Positions 41,261 to 54,749 of a stretch of 64,000 nt of DNA are shown here, piece after piece (within the stretch, counting starts at the first letter, position 1; every line of letters starts with the position of its first letter). The notes beneath the pieces are model-generated. The model was given only the letters and a program-made list of their open reading frames with translations, did no database searches and had not been told where the DNA came from. Source of the DNA: Escherichia coli (GTDB taxonomy: Bacteria; Pseudomonadota; Gammaproteobacteria; Enterobacterales; Enterobacteriaceae). Location of the stretch: the NCBI RefSeq assembly GCF_050920415.1, contig NZ_CP169309.1; one strand, 5' to 3'. Both the position numbers and the translations under genes were made by a program.

Positions 41261-42737
41261 TAACCTGAGCGACGAAGAGCAAATCGAGTTGCTCGAGCTA
41301 CTCGAAGAAGAAGAGAACTACCGGAACACACACCTGCTATATGAATTTACGCCATACAGCAAGCAGCGTGAGTTCATCGACGCCGGGCATGACTATCCAG
41401 AGCGATGTTTTATGGCTGGTAACCAGCTTGGTAAGTCATTTACTGGTGCTGCTGAAGTCGCGTTTCACCTTACCGGTCGTTATCCGGGCACAAAAGGCTA
41501 TCCTGCTGATGGTAAATATGGCGGTGAGTGGAAAGGTAAGCGTTTCTATGAGCCTGTTGTCTTCTGGATTGGTGGAGAGACAAACGAGACTGTAACCAAA
41601 ACGACTCAACGCATCCTGTGCGGTCGTATCGAAGAGAATGGTGAGCCAGGCTACGGTTCCATACCGAAAGAAGACATCATTAGCTGGAAGAAGTCTCCTT
41701 TCTTTCCGAACCTTGTTGATCATCTTCTGGTTAAGCATCACACGGCTGATGGCGTTGAAGATGGCATTTCAATCTGCTACTTCAAACCATACTCGCAAGG
41801 CCGTGCTCGCTGGCAGGGTGACACAATCCACGGCGTGTGGTTTGACGAAGAGCCACCATACAGCATTTATGGCGAAGGTCTTACCCGTACCAACAAATAC
41901 GGGCAATTCTCAATTCTGACGTTTACCCCGCTGATGGGGATGTCTGACGTTGTTACCAAGTTCCTGAAGAATCCCAGCAAGTCTCAGAAAGTGGTCAACA
42001 TGACCATCTATGACGCTGAGCACTACACCGACGAGCAGAAAGAGCAAATCATCGCATCCTATCCTGAGCATGAGAGAGAGGCGCGTGCTCGCGGTATTCC
42101 TACGATGGGTAGTGGTCGAATCTTCCAGATACCGGAAGAGACGATTAAGTGTCAGCCGTTCGAGTGTCCTGATCACTTCTACGTAATTGGCGGTATGGAT
42201 TTCGGATGGGATCACCCGCAGGCGCAGGTTCAGCTTTGGTGGGATAAGGACGCAGACATAATCTACCTTTCACGCGTTTGGAAGGCGAAAGAAAAGACAG
42301 CCGTTCAGGCGTGGGGAGCTGTTAAACCATGGGCGCATAAAGTGCCAACCGCATGGCCTCATGACGGAAACCAGCACGAGAAGGGCGGCGGTGAGCAGCT
42401 CAAAGGGCAGTATGCGGACGCTGGATTTATGATGTTGCAGGAGCATGCGACATGGCCTGATGGCGGTAACGCTGTTGAGCCTGGCATCACTGAATTGCGA
42501 GACATGATGCTCGACGGTCGCTTCAAAGTATTCAACACCTGTGAGCCATTCTTTGAGGAGTTCCGCCTCTATCACCGTGATGAAAACGGGAAAATCGTCA
42601 AGCTTAACGACGACGTGCTATCCGCCGTTCGCTATGCATACATGATGCGCCGCTTCGCAAAAATGATGCGCGACATCAAAAAGCCAAAAGAGAAAAAGAT
42701 ACCAGCCCCAATCAGGCCCATCGCACGGAGAACTTAA
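41238..42737 (+). CDS. terminase large subunit (P22 gp2 type)
   Basis: 499 aa, recognised as P22 gp2. Confidence 0.9.
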   Translation: MELDAILDNLSDEEQIELLELLEEEENYRNTHLLYEFTPYSKQREFIDAGHDYPERCFMAGNQLGKSFTGAAEVAFHLTGRYPGTKGYPADGKYGGEWKGKRFYEPVVFWIGGETNETVTKTTQRILCGRIEENGEPGYGSIPKEDIISWKKSPFFPNLVDHLLVKHHTADGVEDGISICYFKPYSQGRARWQGDTIHGVWFDEEPPYSIYGEGLTRTNKYGQFSILTFTPLMGMSDVVTKFLKNPSKSQKVVNMTIYDAEHYTDEQKEQIIASYPEHEREARARGIPTMGSGRIFQIPEETIKCQPFECPDHFYVIGGMDFGWDHPQAQVQLWWDKDADIIYLSRVWKAKEKTAVQAWGAVKPWAHKVPTAWPHDGNQHEKGGGEQLKGQYADAGFMMLQEHATWPDGGNAVEPGITELRDMMLDGRFKVFNTCEPFFEEFRLYHRDENGKIVKLNDDVLSAVRYAYMMRRFAKMMRDIKKPKEKKIPAPIRPIARRT

Positions 42738-44903
42738 ATGGCCGACGAAAACAGACTCAATTCCATTCTGTGTAAGTTTGACGCAGACTGGATGGCGAGC
42801 GATGAAGCCAGAACCGAGGCGACAAATGACCTGTATTTTAGCCGAGTGTCGCAATGGGATGACTGGCTATCAAACTACACCACCCTGCAATATCGCGGAC
42901 AATTCGATGTTGTTCGCCCGGTGGTCAGGAAGCTGGTCGCAGAGATGCGCCGGAACCCTATCGATGTTCTCTTCAGACCAAAAGACGGCGCTAATCCTGA
43001 TGCTGCCGATGTGCTGATGGGGATGTATCGTACTGATATGCGCCATAATACGGCAAAAATTGCCGTTAACGTTGGCGTTCGTGAGCAGATAGAGTCAGGC
43101 GTTGGTGCATGGCGTCTGGTCACGCAGTACGAAGACAACGATCCAACAAGCAACAATCAGGTAATCCGACGCCTGCCAATCCATGAAGCCTGCTCACACG
43201 TCATATGGGACGCCAACAGCAAGCAGATGGATAAGAGCGACGCTAAGCACTGCACGGTGATTAACGCCTTGTCGCGCAATGGCTGGAAAGAGTTCGCAGA
43301 GGATTACGGTATTGATCCGGACACGCTGCCATCTTTCCAGAATCCAAACGATACATGGCTGTTTCCGTGGGTATCGAATGATGTCGTCTACGTCGCTGAG
43401 TATTACGAGGTCGAAGAGAAGAAAGAGAAAGTCTTCATCTACCGCGACCCGCTGACAGGTGAGCCGGTCAGCTATTACCAGCAGGATATCAAAGACGTCA
43501 TCGACGACCTGGCTAATCGTGGATTCATTAAGGTAGCAGAGCGCAAGGTGAAGCGTCGGCGTGTGTATAAGTCGATCGTCACCTGCACGCAGATACTGAA
43601 AGACCGCGAGAAGATAGCCGGAGAGCATATTCCAATCGTTCCAGTATATGGCGAATGGTCATTCGCTGGTGACAAGGAGTGCTACGAAGGAGTGGTAAGG
43701 CTGACGAAAGACGGTCAACGCCTTCGTAACATGATCATGTCATTCAACGCCGATATTGTTGCTCGTTCACCGAAGAAGAAACCGACCTTCTTCCCTGAGC
43801 AAATCGAAGGCTACGAATACATGTACGGTGGAAATGATGACTATCCGTACTATCTGCAGAACAGGACCGATGAAAACGGCAACGACCTGCCGATTGGTCC
43901 AATCTCCTACATGGAAAACCCTGAAGTGCCGCAAGCCAACGCTTACATGCTTGAGGCTGCCACCAACGCAGTGAAAGAGGTGGCTAGTCTTGGTGTGGAT
44001 GCGCAGGCAGCAAACTCTCAGGTCGCTTTCGATACCGTCAATCAACTGAACATGCGGGCAGACCTTGAGACATACGTGTTTCAGGATAACCTTGCTACCG
44101 CAATGCGACGTGATGGCGAGATTTATGCTTCAATGGTCAATGATATTTATGACGTTCCTCGTCATGTAACGCTGACACTTGAAGATGGTAGCGAGAAAGA
44201 CGTTCAACTCTACGCGCAAGTTGTAGATTACCAGTCCGGTAATGTGGTCACACTCAACGACATTCGCGGTCGCTATGAGTGCTATACCGACGTTGGACCA
44301 TCCTTCCAGAGTATGAAGGAACAGAACCGCGCAGAGATTCAGGAGTTACTCACCAAGGTTCCGCAAGGTACTCCAGAGTTCCAGATGCTGATGTTGCAAT
44401 ACTTCACGCTGCTTGACGGTAAAGGCGTCGAGATGATGCGAGAGTACGCGAACAAGCAACTGGTGATGATGTGGCTGAAGAAACCAGAAACACCTGAAGA
44501 GATGGAGATGGTGCAACAGGCGCAACAGCAGCCGCAGCAGCCATCAGCAGAGCAAATTCAGGCGCAGGGTATCCTTCTGCAAGGTCAGGCTGAATTGATC
44601 AAGGCAGAGAACCAACAGGCGCAGATTCAGGTTGAAGCCGCCAAGGTTGAAGCCCAAAACCAACTCAACGCCGCGAAGATTGCAGAAATCTTCAACAATA
44701 TGGACCTCGACAAGCAGGCAGAACTGCGTGAGTACCTCAAGCTCGTAGGTCAATTCCAGCAACAGCGCAGCAAAGATGCTCGTGCTAACGCTGAGCTGCT
44801 TCTTAAAGATGCAGACCAGACTCATTCACAACGCATGGATTTCGCGAATCTTATGCGTCAAGTTCAAATCCCCTCCGGCGGAGTAGCCGAGACACCTCAA
44901 TAA
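42738..44903 (+). CDS. portal protein (P22 gp1 type)
   Basis: 721 aa, recognised as P22 portal. Confidence 0.9.
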   Translation: MADENRLNSILCKFDADWMASDEARTEATNDLYFSRVSQWDDWLSNYTTLQYRGQFDVVRPVVRKLVAEMRRNPIDVLFRPKDGANPDAADVLMGMYRTDMRHNTAKIAVNVGVREQIESGVGAWRLVTQYEDNDPTSNNQVIRRLPIHEACSHVIWDANSKQMDKSDAKHCTVINALSRNGWKEFAEDYGIDPDTLPSFQNPNDTWLFPWVSNDVVYVAEYYEVEEKKEKVFIYRDPLTGEPVSYYQQDIKDVIDDLANRGFIKVAERKVKRRRVYKSIVTCTQILKDREKIAGEHIPIVPVYGEWSFAGDKECYEGVVRLTKDGQRLRNMIMSFNADIVARSPKKKPTFFPEQIEGYEYMYGGNDDYPYYLQNRTDENGNDLPIGPISYMENPEVPQANAYMLEAATNAVKEVASLGVDAQAANSQVAFDTVNQLNMRADLETYVFQDNLATAMRRDGEIYASMVNDIYDVPRHVTLTLEDGSEKDVQLYAQVVDYQSGNVVTLNDIRGRYECYTDVGPSFQSMKEQNRAEIQELLTKVPQGTPEFQMLMLQYFTLLDGKGVEMMREYANKQLVMMWLKKPETPEEMEMVQQAQQQPQQPSAEQIQAQGILLQGQAELIKAENQQAQIQVEAAKVEAQNQLNAAKIAEIFNNMDLDKQAELREYLKLVGQFQQQRSKDARANAELLLKDADQTHSQRMDFANLMRQVQIPSGGVAETPQ

Positions 44904-44916
44904 GAGAGAGTTAACC

Positions 44917-45828
44917 ATGGACCAAACCACCGACATTCAGGCTTCTGAAGAATTAACCCTGCCCGGCAATCATGCAGCGGCATCTGCTGATGGCTTAGTT
45001 GTCGATAATGCCAACGACAGCGCAGGTCAGGAAGAAGGCTTTGAGATTGTCCTGAAAGACGATGAGAAACCAAAACAAGACCCGGCAACTAATGCTGAAT
45101 TTGCCCGTCGCCGCATCGAACGCAAACGCCAGCGTGAGCTTGAGCAGCAGATGGAAGCGGTTAAGCGTGGAGAGTTGCCGGAGCACCTGCGGGTGAACCC
45201 TGAGTTACCAAAACAACCAGACCCTAACGATTATCTTTCCGAAGATGCACTGGCTAAGTACGACTATGACCAGAGCCGCGCACTGGCTGCCTTCCAGCAG
45301 GCAAACAGTGAATGGCAGATCAAGGCCATGGACGCACGAAGCCAGGCTGTCGCCGAGCAGGGTCGCAAAACTCAGGAGTTCACCCAGCAATCAGCGCAAT
45401 ACGTCGAGGCAGCCCGTAAGCACTACGACGCAGCGGAAAAGCTCAATATCCCTGACTATCAGGAGAAAGAGGATGCATTCATGCAACTGGTGCCGCCAGC
45501 AGTCGGTGCCGACATCATGCGCCTCTTCCCGGAGAAATCCGCTGCTCTCATGTATCACCTTGGTGCTAATCCTGAGAAAACACGCCAGTTACTGGCGATG
45601 GACGGGCAATCCGCGCTGATTGAACTCACTCGACTGTCAGAACGTTTAACTCTCAAGCCTCGAGCCAAGTCTGTTTCAGAAGCCCCGTTACCTGATGAAC
45701 CCATTCAGGGACACGCTGTTGCTGCAAATATCTCTGCGATTGAAAAGCAGATGGAAGCGGCAGCAAACAAAGGTGATGTAGAGACGTACCGCAAGCTTAA
45801 GGCGCAACTGAATAAAGGAATTCGATAA
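44917..45828 (+). CDS. scaffolding protein (P22 gp8 type)
   Basis: 303 aa, recognised as P22 scaffold. Confidence 0.85.
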   Translation: MDQTTDIQASEELTLPGNHAAASADGLVVDNANDSAGQEEGFEIVLKDDEKPKQDPATNAEFARRRIERKRQRELEQQMEAVKRGELPEHLRVNPELPKQPDPNDYLSEDALAKYDYDQSRALAAFQQANSEWQIKAMDARSQAVAEQGRKTQEFTQQSAQYVEAARKHYDAAEKLNIPDYQEKEDAFMQLVPPAVGADIMRLFPEKSAALMYHLGANPEKTRQLLAMDGQSALIELTRLSERLTLKPRAKSVSEAPLPDEPIQGHAVAANISAIEKQMEAAANKGDVETYRKLKAQLNKGIR

Positions 45829-47123
45829 TGGCATTAAATGAAGGTCAACTGGTCACATATGCTCTGGATGAAATCATCGAAACCGTCCAGAACCTGACGC
45901 CAATGGCGTCCAAAGTGACAAAATACACCCCTCCGGCAGAATCCATGCAACGTTCAAGCAACACCGTGTGGATGCCTGTTGAGCAGGAAGCGCCAACTCA
46001 GACAGGCTGGGATTTAACTGGCAACGCAACCGGGATTCTGGAACTCTCCGTGAAATGCAACATGGGCGATCCGGATAACGATTTCTTCGAGCTTCGTGCA
46101 GATGACCTGCGTGATGAGCGTTCTTACCGTCGCCGCATCCAGGCATCCGCCAAAAAACTGGCGAATAACATTGAGTCAGCAATTGCCAAACAGGCAACCG
46201 AAATGGGCTCACTTGTTGTTCACGATACCCGCGCAATTGGTCCATCTACTGGCCTGTCTGGCTGGGATTTTGTGTCTGATGCAGAGCGCCTGATGTTCTC
46301 CCGTGAGCTAAACCGCGATATGGGCATCAGTTACTTCCTGAACCCTGACGATTACCGCAAAGCAGGCCGCAACCTGGTAGATGGTGACATCTTTGGGCGC
46401 GTTCCTGAAGAAGCGTATCGTAACGGTACTATTCAGCGTCAGATTGCTGGCTTTGATGAAATTCTTCGCTCACCGAAACTTCCGGCAGTTACCAAGTCAA
46501 CCGCTACTGGTGTAACTGTTTCTGGTGCGCAGAAGTTTAAGCCGCAGGCATACACCCTTGATACCGATGGTAACAAAGAGAACGTCGACAACCGTGTTGC
46601 AACGGTGACCGTATCCTCCACCACCGGATTTAAGCGCGGCGACAAAATCAGCTTCACTGGTGTGAAATTCCTATCTCAGATGGCGAAGAACGTGCTGACT
46701 GATGATGCTACTTTCTCAATCACCCGAGTGATCGATAGTACTCACATCGAAATCACGCCGAAGCCGATTGCGCTGGATGACTCGTCACTGACAAAAGAAG
46801 AGAAGGCTTACGCTAACGTAAACACCTCTCTTGCTGATGCCACTCCGGTAAACGTTCTGAACGTGGCAACAACCACCGCTAACGTGTTCTGGGCTGATGA
46901 CTCAATCCGCCTGCTGTCTCAGCCGATTCCGGTAACCCATGAACTGTTTGCTGGCATGAAAACTTCTTCCTTCAGCATTCCAGGTATTGGTGTTAACGGC
47001 ATCTTCGCAACGCAGGGTGATATCAACACTCTGTCTGGCAAGTGCCGTATTGCTGTGTGGTATTCAGCATGTGCTGTACGACCAGAGGCAATTGGTGTTG
47101 GTCTGCCTAACCAGACTGCGTGA
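45828..47123 (+). CDS. major coat protein (P22 gp5 type)
   Basis: 431 aa, recognised as P22 coat. Confidence 0.9.
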   Translation: MALNEGQLVTYALDEIIETVQNLTPMASKVTKYTPPAESMQRSSNTVWMPVEQEAPTQTGWDLTGNATGILELSVKCNMGDPDNDFFELRADDLRDERSYRRRIQASAKKLANNIESAIAKQATEMGSLVVHDTRAIGPSTGLSGWDFVSDAERLMFSRELNRDMGISYFLNPDDYRKAGRNLVDGDIFGRVPEEAYRNGTIQRQIAGFDEILRSPKLPAVTKSTATGVTVSGAQKFKPQAYTLDTDGNKENVDNRVATVTVSSTTGFKRGDKISFTGVKFLSQMAKNVLTDDATFSITRVIDSTHIEITPKPIALDDSSLTKEEKAYANVNTSLADATPVNVLNVATTTANVFWADDSIRLLSQPIPVTHELFAGMKTSSFSIPGIGVNGIFATQGDINTLSGKCRIAVWYSACAVRPEAIGVGLPNQTA

Positions 47124-47130
47124 TAACCAG

Positions 47131-47154
47131 AGGGAGCTTCGGCTCCCTTTTTTA
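47131..47154 (+). terminator. intrinsic terminator after coat gene
   Basis: AGGGAGC-TTCG-GCTCCCT hairpin followed by TTTTTT. Confidence 0.6.
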
Positions 47155-47167
47155 TCTGGAGACAAGC

Positions 47168-47405
<238 letters not shown>

Positions 47406-47428
<23 letters not shown>

Positions 47429-47906
47429 TTTAGTTCTTGCGGCATTACGTAAGCTCGGTGTGGCATCAAATGCCACGTTAACCGATGTCGAACCGCAGTC
47501 TATGGAAGACGGCGTCAACGACCTTGAAATGATGATGGCTGAATGGCTTGGCGGTGATGTGTCACCTGGTATCAACGTTGGCTACATTTTCGCTGATGCA
47601 GATGTCGCTCCAGATCCGGGCGATGAGCACGGTTTATCAAATAACGCTATCAATGCTGTCATTTTCAACCTTGCCTGCCGCATTGCACCGGATTATGCGC
47701 TGGAAGCGCCTGCAAAACTTATAACCACTGCCAGATACGGGAAAGAGCGACTCGTCAAACTGTCTGCAATGGACAGAGCAAAAGCCGCTAAATGTAAGTC
47801 CGGTTATCCAAACCGTATGCCTGTTGGTAGCGGTAACCAGTTGGCGAAGTGGAACGGTTGGAATTACTTCCACCGAAAGGAACCTTGCGATAACGGGAGC
47901 GAATAA
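47406..47906 (+). CDS. tail accessory / head completion protein (P22 gp4 type)
   Basis: From [33 protein letters not shown], matching P22 gp4; the ORF-track upstream extension is repeat-derived. Confidence 0.75.
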
Positions 47907-49324
47907 TGCCGATTCAGCAACTTCCGCTCATGAAAGGTGTCGGCAAAGATTTCCGAAACGCCGACTATATCGACTATCTGCCAGTGAATATGTTGGCTAC
48001 ACCCAAAGAAATCCTCAACAGCAGCGGATATCTTCGCTCATTCCCGGGCATTGCCAAACGCTCTGATGTGAATGGTGTATCGCGCGGTGTCGAGTACAAC
48101 ATGGCGCAGAATGCTGTTTATCGCGTTTGCGGTGGCAAGCTGTACAAAGGAGAAAGTGAAGTCGGTGACGTTGACGGAAGTGGTCGTGTATCAATGGCGC
48201 ATGGTCGGACATCACAGGCGATAGGCGTTAATGGTCAACTGGTCGAGTATCGCTATGATGGCACGGTTAAAACCGTCTCAAACTGGCCTACAGACAGCGG
48301 ATTCACACAGTACGAGTTAGGTTCAGTTCGCGACATTACGCGCTTACGTGGGCGTTATGCGTGGTCAAAAGACGGAACTGATTCATGGTTTATCACTGAC
48401 CCTGAAGACGAATCGCACCCTGACCGATACAGTGCACAATATCGCGCAGAATCGCAGCCGGACGGCATCATCGGTATCGGGACATGGCGAGACTTCATCG
48501 TCTGCTTTGGTTCTTCGACGATTGAGTATTTTTCCCTGACTGGTGCAACCACCGTTGGTTCTGCTTTGTATGTCGCCCAGCCATCGCTGATGGTGCAGAA
48601 AGGCATTGCCGGGACTTACTGCAAAACGCCATTCGCTGATTCTTATGCGTTTATCAGCAATCCGGCAACAGGTGCGCCGTCTGTGTATATCATTGGCTCC
48701 GGTCAGGTGTCACCAATCGCCAGCGCGAGCATTGAGAAAATTCTCCGCTCCTACACTGCTGATGAACTGGCTGATGGTGTGATGGAGTCTCTGCGATTTG
48801 ATGCGCATGAGCTGCTGATTATCCATCTTCCGCGCCATGTTCTGGTGTACGACGCATCTTCAAGCGCCAATGGTCCGCAATGGTGTGTGCTGAAAACAGG
48901 CCTGTATGACGATGTGTACCGCGCTATCGACTTCATTTACGAAGGCAATCAGATAACGTGCGGCGATAAGCTGGAATCCGTGACCGGGAAATTGCAGTTC
49001 GATATCAGCAGTCAGTACGACAAGCAACAGGAACACCTGCTGTTTACTCCTTTGTTCAAAGCAGATAACGCCAGAGTTTTCGACCTTGAAGTTGAATCTT
49101 CAACTGGCGTTGCGCAGTACGCCGACCGCCTGTTCCTCTCTGCAACCACTGACGGCATAAATTACGGTCGTGAGCAGATGATTGAGCAGAATGAACCGTT
49201 CGTTTACGACAAACGCGTTTTGTGGAAGCGTGTCGGGCGCATCAGGAAAAATGTCGGCTTCAAATTGCGCGTTATCACGAAGTCACCTGTAACTCTGTCT
49301 GGCGCTCAGATAAGGATTGAGTAA
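47906..49324 (+). CDS. tail accessory protein (P22 gp10 type)
   Basis: 472 aa, recognised as P22 gp10. Confidence 0.85.
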   Translation: MPIQQLPLMKGVGKDFRNADYIDYLPVNMLATPKEILNSSGYLRSFPGIAKRSDVNGVSRGVEYNMAQNAVYRVCGGKLYKGESEVGDVDGSGRVSMAHGRTSQAIGVNGQLVEYRYDGTVKTVSNWPTDSGFTQYELGSVRDITRLRGRYAWSKDGTDSWFITDPEDESHPDRYSAQYRAESQPDGIIGIGTWRDFIVCFGSSTIEYFSLTGATTVGSALYVAQPSLMVQKGIAGTYCKTPFADSYAFISNPATGAPSVYIIGSGQVSPIASASIEKILRSYTADELADGVMESLRFDAHELLIIHLPRHVLVYDASSSANGPQWCVLKTGLYDDVYRAIDFIYEGNQITCGDKLESVTGKLQFDISSQYDKQQEHLLFTPLFKADNARVFDLEVESSTGVAQYADRLFLSATTDGINYGREQMIEQNEPFVYDKRVLWKRVGRIRKNVGFKLRVITKSPVTLSGAQIRIE

Positions 49325-50172
49325 TGGCGGATTCGAATCTCAATGTGCCGGTAATCATCCAGGCTACGCGGCTCGATACATCAGTCCTTCCACGCAATAT
49401 CTTCTCGCAGTCGTATCTGCTGTACGTTATCGCGCAAGGTACTGATGTTGGTAACGTGGCTAACAAGGCCAACGAGGCCGGACAGGGCGCTTATGATGCA
49501 CAGGTCAGGAACGATGAGCAGGATGTGATTCTCGCTGACCATGAGCAGCGAATTTCTGCTGCGGAAGCAACGCTTGTTAATCATGAGGAGCGAATCAGCC
49601 AGGCAGAATCAACTCTTCAGGAACATGAAACGCGAATCGCTCAGAATGAAAGCGATATTGCGTCGCTTGATACCAGAGTTCAGTCGCTGGAATCGCAGGT
49701 TTCAGATCATGAATCGCGCATTGATGCTCTGGATTATGCAACCACGCGCAAGAAGTCAGAGGTTGTTTACTCTGGCGTATCAGTAACCATTCCGACAGCG
49801 CCGACCAACCTTGTTAGCCTACTGAAAACGCTCACGCCGTCATCCGGCTCGTTGACACCATTCTTCGACACCGTTAACAACAAGATGGTTGTGTTCAACG
49901 AGAACAAAACCTTGTTCTTCAAGCTGTCGATCGTCGGGACGTGGCCCAGCGGAACCGCCAACAGGTCAATGCAACTAAGCTTTTCCGGCTCTGTTCCTGA
50001 CACACTGGTAAGCAGTCGCAACTCGGCGACAACAACCGATAACATCCTGTTAGCTACGTTCTTCAGCGTGGATAAAGACGGCTTTCTTGCCACAAATGGC
50101 AGTACGTTAACCATTCAGTCAAATGGTGCGGCGTTTACTGCCACAACCATCAAAATCATTGCGGAGCAGTGA
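49324..50172 (+). CDS. tail needle (P22 gp26 type, Sf6-like long form)
   Basis: 282 aa; conserved gp26 N-terminus, heptad repeats, divergent C-terminal domain. Confidence 0.8.
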   Translation: MADSNLNVPVIIQATRLDTSVLPRNIFSQSYLLYVIAQGTDVGNVANKANEAGQGAYDAQVRNDEQDVILADHEQRISAAEATLVNHEERISQAESTLQEHETRIAQNESDIASLDTRVQSLESQVSDHESRIDALDYATTRKKSEVVYSGVSVTIPTAPTNLVSLLKTLTPSSGSLTPFFDTVNNKMVVFNENKTLFFKLSIVGTWPSGTANRSMQLSFSGSVPDTLVSSRNSATTTDNILLATFFSVDKDGFLATNGSTLTIQSNGAAFTATTIKIIAEQ

Positions 50173-50627
50173 TGATTCAGTTCAAACCAACGCGAAACAT
50201 CGACTTGATCGAAGCAGTCGGAAATCACCCTGACATTATTGCCGGGAGCAACAACGGTGATGGATACGACTACAAACCTGATTGCCGTTACTTTGAGGTG
50301 AACGTGCACGGGCAGTTCGGCGGCATTGTTTACTATCAGGAGATTCAGCCGCTGACATTCGATTGCCACGCCATGTACCTGCCAGAGATTCGCGGCTTCA
50401 GCAAGGAAATTGGGCTGGCGTTCTGGCGATACATTCTGACTAACACCACCGTCCAGTGTGTCACATCGTTCGCCGCACGCAAATTCCGCCACGGTCAGAT
50501 GTACTGCGCAATGATTGGCCTTAAGCGTGTAGGAACCATCAAGAAATACTTCAAAGGCGTGGATGACGTGACTTTTTACAGCGCCACACGCGAAGAACTA
50601 ATCGACTTCCTGAATCACGGGAGATAG
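50169..50627 (+). CDS. virion protein at the P22 gp14 position
   Basis: 152 aa; assignment by synteny only. Confidence 0.5.
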   Translation: MMIQFKPTRNIDLIEAVGNHPDIIAGSNNGDGYDYKPDCRYFEVNVHGQFGGIVYYQEIQPLTFDCHAMYLPEIRGFSKEIGLAFWRYILTNTTVQCVTSFAARKFRHGQMYCAMIGLKRVGTIKKYFKGVDDVTFYSATREELIDFLNHGR

Positions 50628-50629
50628 CC

Positions 50630-51322
50630 ATGTTATATGCATTTAAGCTGGGCAGAAAACTGCGCGGCGAGGAACCTTATTGCCCTGAAAAAGGCGGGAA
50701 AGGTGGCAGCTCTGATAAAAGCGCAAAGTATGCAGCAGAAGCTCAGAAGTATGCTGCAGATCTGCAAAATCAGCAGTGGCAGACGATCATGAAAAACCTT
50801 GCTCCGTTCACGCCTCTTGCGGAGCAGTATGTTAACCAGCTTCAGAACCTTTCCAGTTTAGAAGGTCAGGGGCAGGCACTTAATCAGTATTACAACTCTC
50901 AGCAGTATAAAGACCTTGCAGGTCAGGCTCGTTACCAGAGTCTTGCTGCTGCGGAGGCTACGGGAGGACTTGGTTCGACAGCCACAAGCAATCAACTGGC
51001 TACGATCGCGCCTACACTCGGTCAGTCTTGGTTATCAAACCAGATGAGCAATTACAACAATCTGGCAAACGTTGGGCTTGGTGCGCTGCAAGGTCAGGCA
51101 AACGCCGGGCAGACGTACGCCAACAACATGAGCAGCATTGCACAGCAAAGCGCAGCACTTGCCGCTGCTAATGCCAATAAACCATCAAGTCTTCAGACTG
51201 CAATTAGCGGTGGCACGTCTGGTGCGATTGCCGGTGCAGGTCTTGCCAGCCTTTTGGGAACATCAACGCCTTGGGGCGCTGGCATTGGTGCTGGTATCGG
51301 ATTGCTTGGCTCGTTGTTTTAA
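50630..51322 (+). CDS. ejection protein (P22 gp7 type)
   Basis: 230 aa; N-terminus MLYAF.LGRKLRGEEP; synteny. Confidence 0.65.
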   Translation: MLYAFKLGRKLRGEEPYCPEKGGKGGSSDKSAKYAAEAQKYAADLQNQQWQTIMKNLAPFTPLAEQYVNQLQNLSSLEGQGQALNQYYNSQQYKDLAGQARYQSLAAAEATGGLGSTATSNQLATIAPTLGQSWLSNQMSNYNNLANVGLGALQGQANAGQTYANNMSSIAQQSAALAAANANKPSSLQTAISGGTSGAIAGAGLASLLGTSTPWGAGIGAGIGLLGSLF

Positions 51323-51331
51323 GGGGTAATC

Positions 51332-52738
51332 ATGGCTACTTGGCAAGGAACAAACGGCGGATTGTTGGCTGGTATCGGCGGCGTCAACTCAAACGCTCCG
51401 AGCGTAAATGACATCGGCAATACGCTTCAGCTTATCAGGCAGAACAATGATATTGAGCGTTCAGGCGCTAACAATGTTGGGCTGACTGCTTTGCAAGGCC
51501 TTTCAGGTATTGCGGGGGTGTTTCAGCAGGAAAAGCAGGCTCAGCGGCAGAAAGAATTTCAGCAGGCATACGCTAATGCTTATGCGTCTGGTGATCGCGG
51601 TGCTTTGCGTCAGTTGGCTACTCAATATCCAGACCAGATTGAATCCGTTCGTAAAGGCATGGGATTCATTGATGAAGACCAGCGTAATTCTATCGGCACC
51701 TTAGCGGCTGGCGCTCGCCTTGCGGCATCGTCTCCAGAAGCGATGCAATCATGGCTGCAAAACAACGCCAAGGAACTGACTCGCGTAGGTGTTGACCCTA
51801 ACAACGTTGCTCAGATGTATCAGCAGAATCCTTCAGGATTTGGTGAGTTTGTTGATCACCTTGGGATGGCTGCTCTTGGTCCGATTGATTACTTCAATGT
51901 TCAGGACAAGATGGCTGGTCGTGAAATTGACCGAGGCAGGCTGGCAGAGACAATCCGCAGCAATCAGGCTGGCGAGGCACTTCAGGCGAGAGGGCAAAAC
52001 CTTTCCTATCAGTCAGCAATGACTGGACACAATATCGCAGCGCAACGCTTGGCTCTGGATCAGCAAGAGTTCGGGTTTAAGATGCAGCAAGCGCAGGAAA
52101 AGGCTCAGCAGTTGATTAGCGAAGCACCTAAGCTGTCAGTAAACATGGAAAAAGGCATCGAGACGGCTGTAAACAATGCCACAGCATCATCAAACTCAGC
52201 CAATTCCATGAGTGCGCTTGCTCAACAGTTCAGAGCAGAAAAACCAACGACAGGTTTGTTCGGTAACGCACAGAACATGTTCGCAAAACTTACCGGAAGC
52301 GATACGACATTGCGTGATTTGCGCATTCGCCAAAATGCCCTTGTTAACAGTCAGGTTCTTAAATTCCTACCTCCCGGCCCAGCAACGGATAAAGACGTTG
52401 AGATCGTTCGACAGGGTGCGCCAACTGACATGGATAACCCTGAGACGGTCGCAAGATGGCTTGATGCAATGGCAAACCTTGAGCGACGAAACGCGCAGTT
52501 TAATGAGTTTAAAGCCGAGTGGATGAGCGCGAATGGCAACCCTGGACAATCGCGTAATGGCGGTCAGATATTGGGGTTGGATGTTAAAAAAGGTGAATCA
52601 TTGGGGAGTGCCGTTAAGCGGTATATGTCAATGAATACTGACGCAGCGCCAGCACAAGATTCGACACCTTCAGGAGAACCACGGAATCAGGTTGGATCAT
52701 ATACCTCAAAATCAGGCATTCAATTTACGGTGGAATGA
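51332..52738 (+). CDS. ejection protein (P22 gp20 type)
   Basis: 468 aa; synteny and size. Confidence 0.65.
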   Translation: MATWQGTNGGLLAGIGGVNSNAPSVNDIGNTLQLIRQNNDIERSGANNVGLTALQGLSGIAGVFQQEKQAQRQKEFQQAYANAYASGDRGALRQLATQYPDQIESVRKGMGFIDEDQRNSIGTLAAGARLAASSPEAMQSWLQNNAKELTRVGVDPNNVAQMYQQNPSGFGEFVDHLGMAALGPIDYFNVQDKMAGREIDRGRLAETIRSNQAGEALQARGQNLSYQSAMTGHNIAAQRLALDQQEFGFKMQQAQEKAQQLISEAPKLSVNMEKGIETAVNNATASSNSANSMSALAQQFRAEKPTTGLFGNAQNMFAKLTGSDTTLRDLRIRQNALVNSQVLKFLPPGPATDKDVEIVRQGAPTDMDNPETVARWLDAMANLERRNAQFNEFKAEWMSANGNPGQSRNGGQILGLDVKKGESLGSAVKRYMSMNTDAAPAQDSTPSGEPRNQVGSYTSKSGIQFTVE

Positions 52739-54741
52739 TGAAAGTAACTGCAAACGGTAAGACATTTACCTTCCCTGATGGTACGAGCACGGAAGATATT
52801 GGCACCGCCATTGATGAGTATTTTGCTGGTCAGTCAGCACCAACACAACAAGGTGTTCAGCAATCGCCAGCAGACAACTCACTTGCATCAGGATATGCAC
52901 AGCTTGCCACTCAGCAGAAGGAAGGACTAGATCGCTCTGCTGAGCAAGGGGCTGTTTTAGGTGCTGCAATGCGCGATGCCGTTACCGGTGAAAGCCGAAT
53001 GACACCAGAAATGGAGAGACTGCAAAATGTTGGGTCTGCTCCAGAGCTTAATAGCTTAAGCACTGATGCGCTGCGTGCTGGATTGGGGCAGCTATTTGGT
53101 TCCGACGCTTCACAGGAGAAAATACTGCAAAGTATTGGCGGGAAAATCCGGAAGGATGAGAAGGGAAATTCCATAGTCACCCTTCCTTCAGGGGAATATG
53201 CACTTAACAAGCCTGGTTTGTCACCGCAGGATATAACGTCATTCTTGGCAAATGCTCTTGCATTCACTCCAGCAGGTAGAGCTGCGTCTGTTGTAGGTGC
53301 AACACTAAAATCAGGCGCTACTGATTTAGCTTTACAGGGTGCCACTAAGATCGCTGGCGGTGAGAATGTTAATCCAGTTCAAACTGCAATTTCTGCTGGT
53401 CTTGGTGGGGTACTGAAGGGTGTAGAAAACACCGCAAGCGCAGTGTCTCGTTCTGCTATGGGTAAGATTGCTCCTGAAAAACAAGCTCAGATTGACTTTG
53501 CCAAGCAGAACAACTTGCCACTGATGACAACAGATCTTGTGGAACCGGGAACAAATATTGGTAAGCAAGCACGAGCTATGGCTGAGCGAATCCCAATAGC
53601 CGGAACAGGTGGGATAAGAAATGCACAGCAAAAGGCCAGGGAAGATTTAGTTAGAACTTTTAGCGATAATGTTGGTGGAATATCTGACGCACAACTTTAC
53701 CAATCAGCTACTCGTGGTCAGCAGCAATTTATTCAGGCTGCTGGCAAGCGGTACGACAGGATCATCAGTTTGATGGGGGATACTCCTGTTGACATCACTG
53801 GAACAGTGAAAGCAATTGATGAGCAGATTTCCAAGTTAACTCGCCCAGGAGTATCGCAAGATCGCTCAGCTGTTTCTGTCCTTCAACAGTTTAGAAATGA
53901 CATCACCAGCGGTCCAAATAACCTGCAATTAGCTAGAGAAAACCGTACAAACTTACGTAAGCGCTTTATGGCAGCACCTGACGAGGTCGATAGAGATACG
54001 CTGGAGAAAGCTGCGCAGTCTGTTTATAACGCATACACAACAGACATGAAAAAAGCGGTTGGCGCAAAACTAGGTGCGAAGGAAGCGCAAAACATGTCGC
54101 GTGTTGATCGTTCTTGGGCAAAGTTCAACGACATGATGAGCAATACACGTGTCCAAAAAGCTATTCAGAGTGGTAAAACAACGCCAGAAGATGTCACTAA
54201 ACTAGTATTCAGCCAAAGCCCAGCGGAAAGGGCGCAACTTTATCGATTGCTTGATGATAGTGGGCGTCAAAATGCTAGAGCAGCACTTGTTCAGCGTGCA
54301 ATGGATAAGGCGACAAGCGATTCAGGAAAGCTTAGCGTTGAGAAGTTTATTAATGAAATGAAAAGGAATCGGAAGCAGGCTGAGACGTTCTTCAGAGGAG
54401 AGCATGGGAAACAGCTTGATGGGATAATGAAATATCTTGATTCCACTAGACAGGCAGCTACTGCTGCCGCAAGCCCACTAACAGGGCAAATGGTAGCTGG
54501 TCCAGCAGCGCTGATAACAGCTCTTGCGTCTGTTACAAATCCAATGTTTGCAAAAGTTGCGGCAGTTGGAGCTGGTATCGGTATGGCTGGCAGGGGCTAT
54601 GAGTCACGCGCGATGAGGAACGCATTACTAAAGTTAGCAAACACGCCAAAAGGAAGTACTGCTTATGATAGAGCGATCAGACGGGTATCTGAAACTCTTA
54701 CACCTCTAATTCAGGCTTCAAGTGAGAAAGCCCAGCAGTAA
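52735..54741 (+). CDS. ejection protein (P22 gp16 type)
   Basis: 668 aa; synteny and size. Confidence 0.65.
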   Translation: MMKVTANGKTFTFPDGTSTEDIGTAIDEYFAGQSAPTQQGVQQSPADNSLASGYAQLATQQKEGLDRSAEQGAVLGAAMRDAVTGESRMTPEMERLQNVGSAPELNSLSTDALRAGLGQLFGSDASQEKILQSIGGKIRKDEKGNSIVTLPSGEYALNKPGLSPQDITSFLANALAFTPAGRAASVVGATLKSGATDLALQGATKIAGGENVNPVQTAISAGLGGVLKGVENTASAVSRSAMGKIAPEKQAQIDFAKQNNLPLMTTDLVEPGTNIGKQARAMAERIPIAGTGGIRNAQQKAREDLVRTFSDNVGGISDAQLYQSATRGQQQFIQAAGKRYDRIISLMGDTPVDITGTVKAIDEQISKLTRPGVSQDRSAVSVLQQFRNDITSGPNNLQLARENRTNLRKRFMAAPDEVDRDTLEKAAQSVYNAYTTDMKKAVGAKLGAKEAQNMSRVDRSWAKFNDMMSNTRVQKAIQSGKTTPEDVTKLVFSQSPAERAQLYRLLDDSGRQNARAALVQRAMDKATSDSGKLSVEKFINEMKRNRKQAETFFRGEHGKQLDGIMKYLDSTRQAATAAASPLTGQMVAGPAALITALASVTNPMFAKVAAVGAGIGMAGRGYESRAMRNALLKLANTPKGSTAYDRAIRRVSETLTPLIQASSEKAQQ

Positions 54742-54749
54742 AAAGTTGG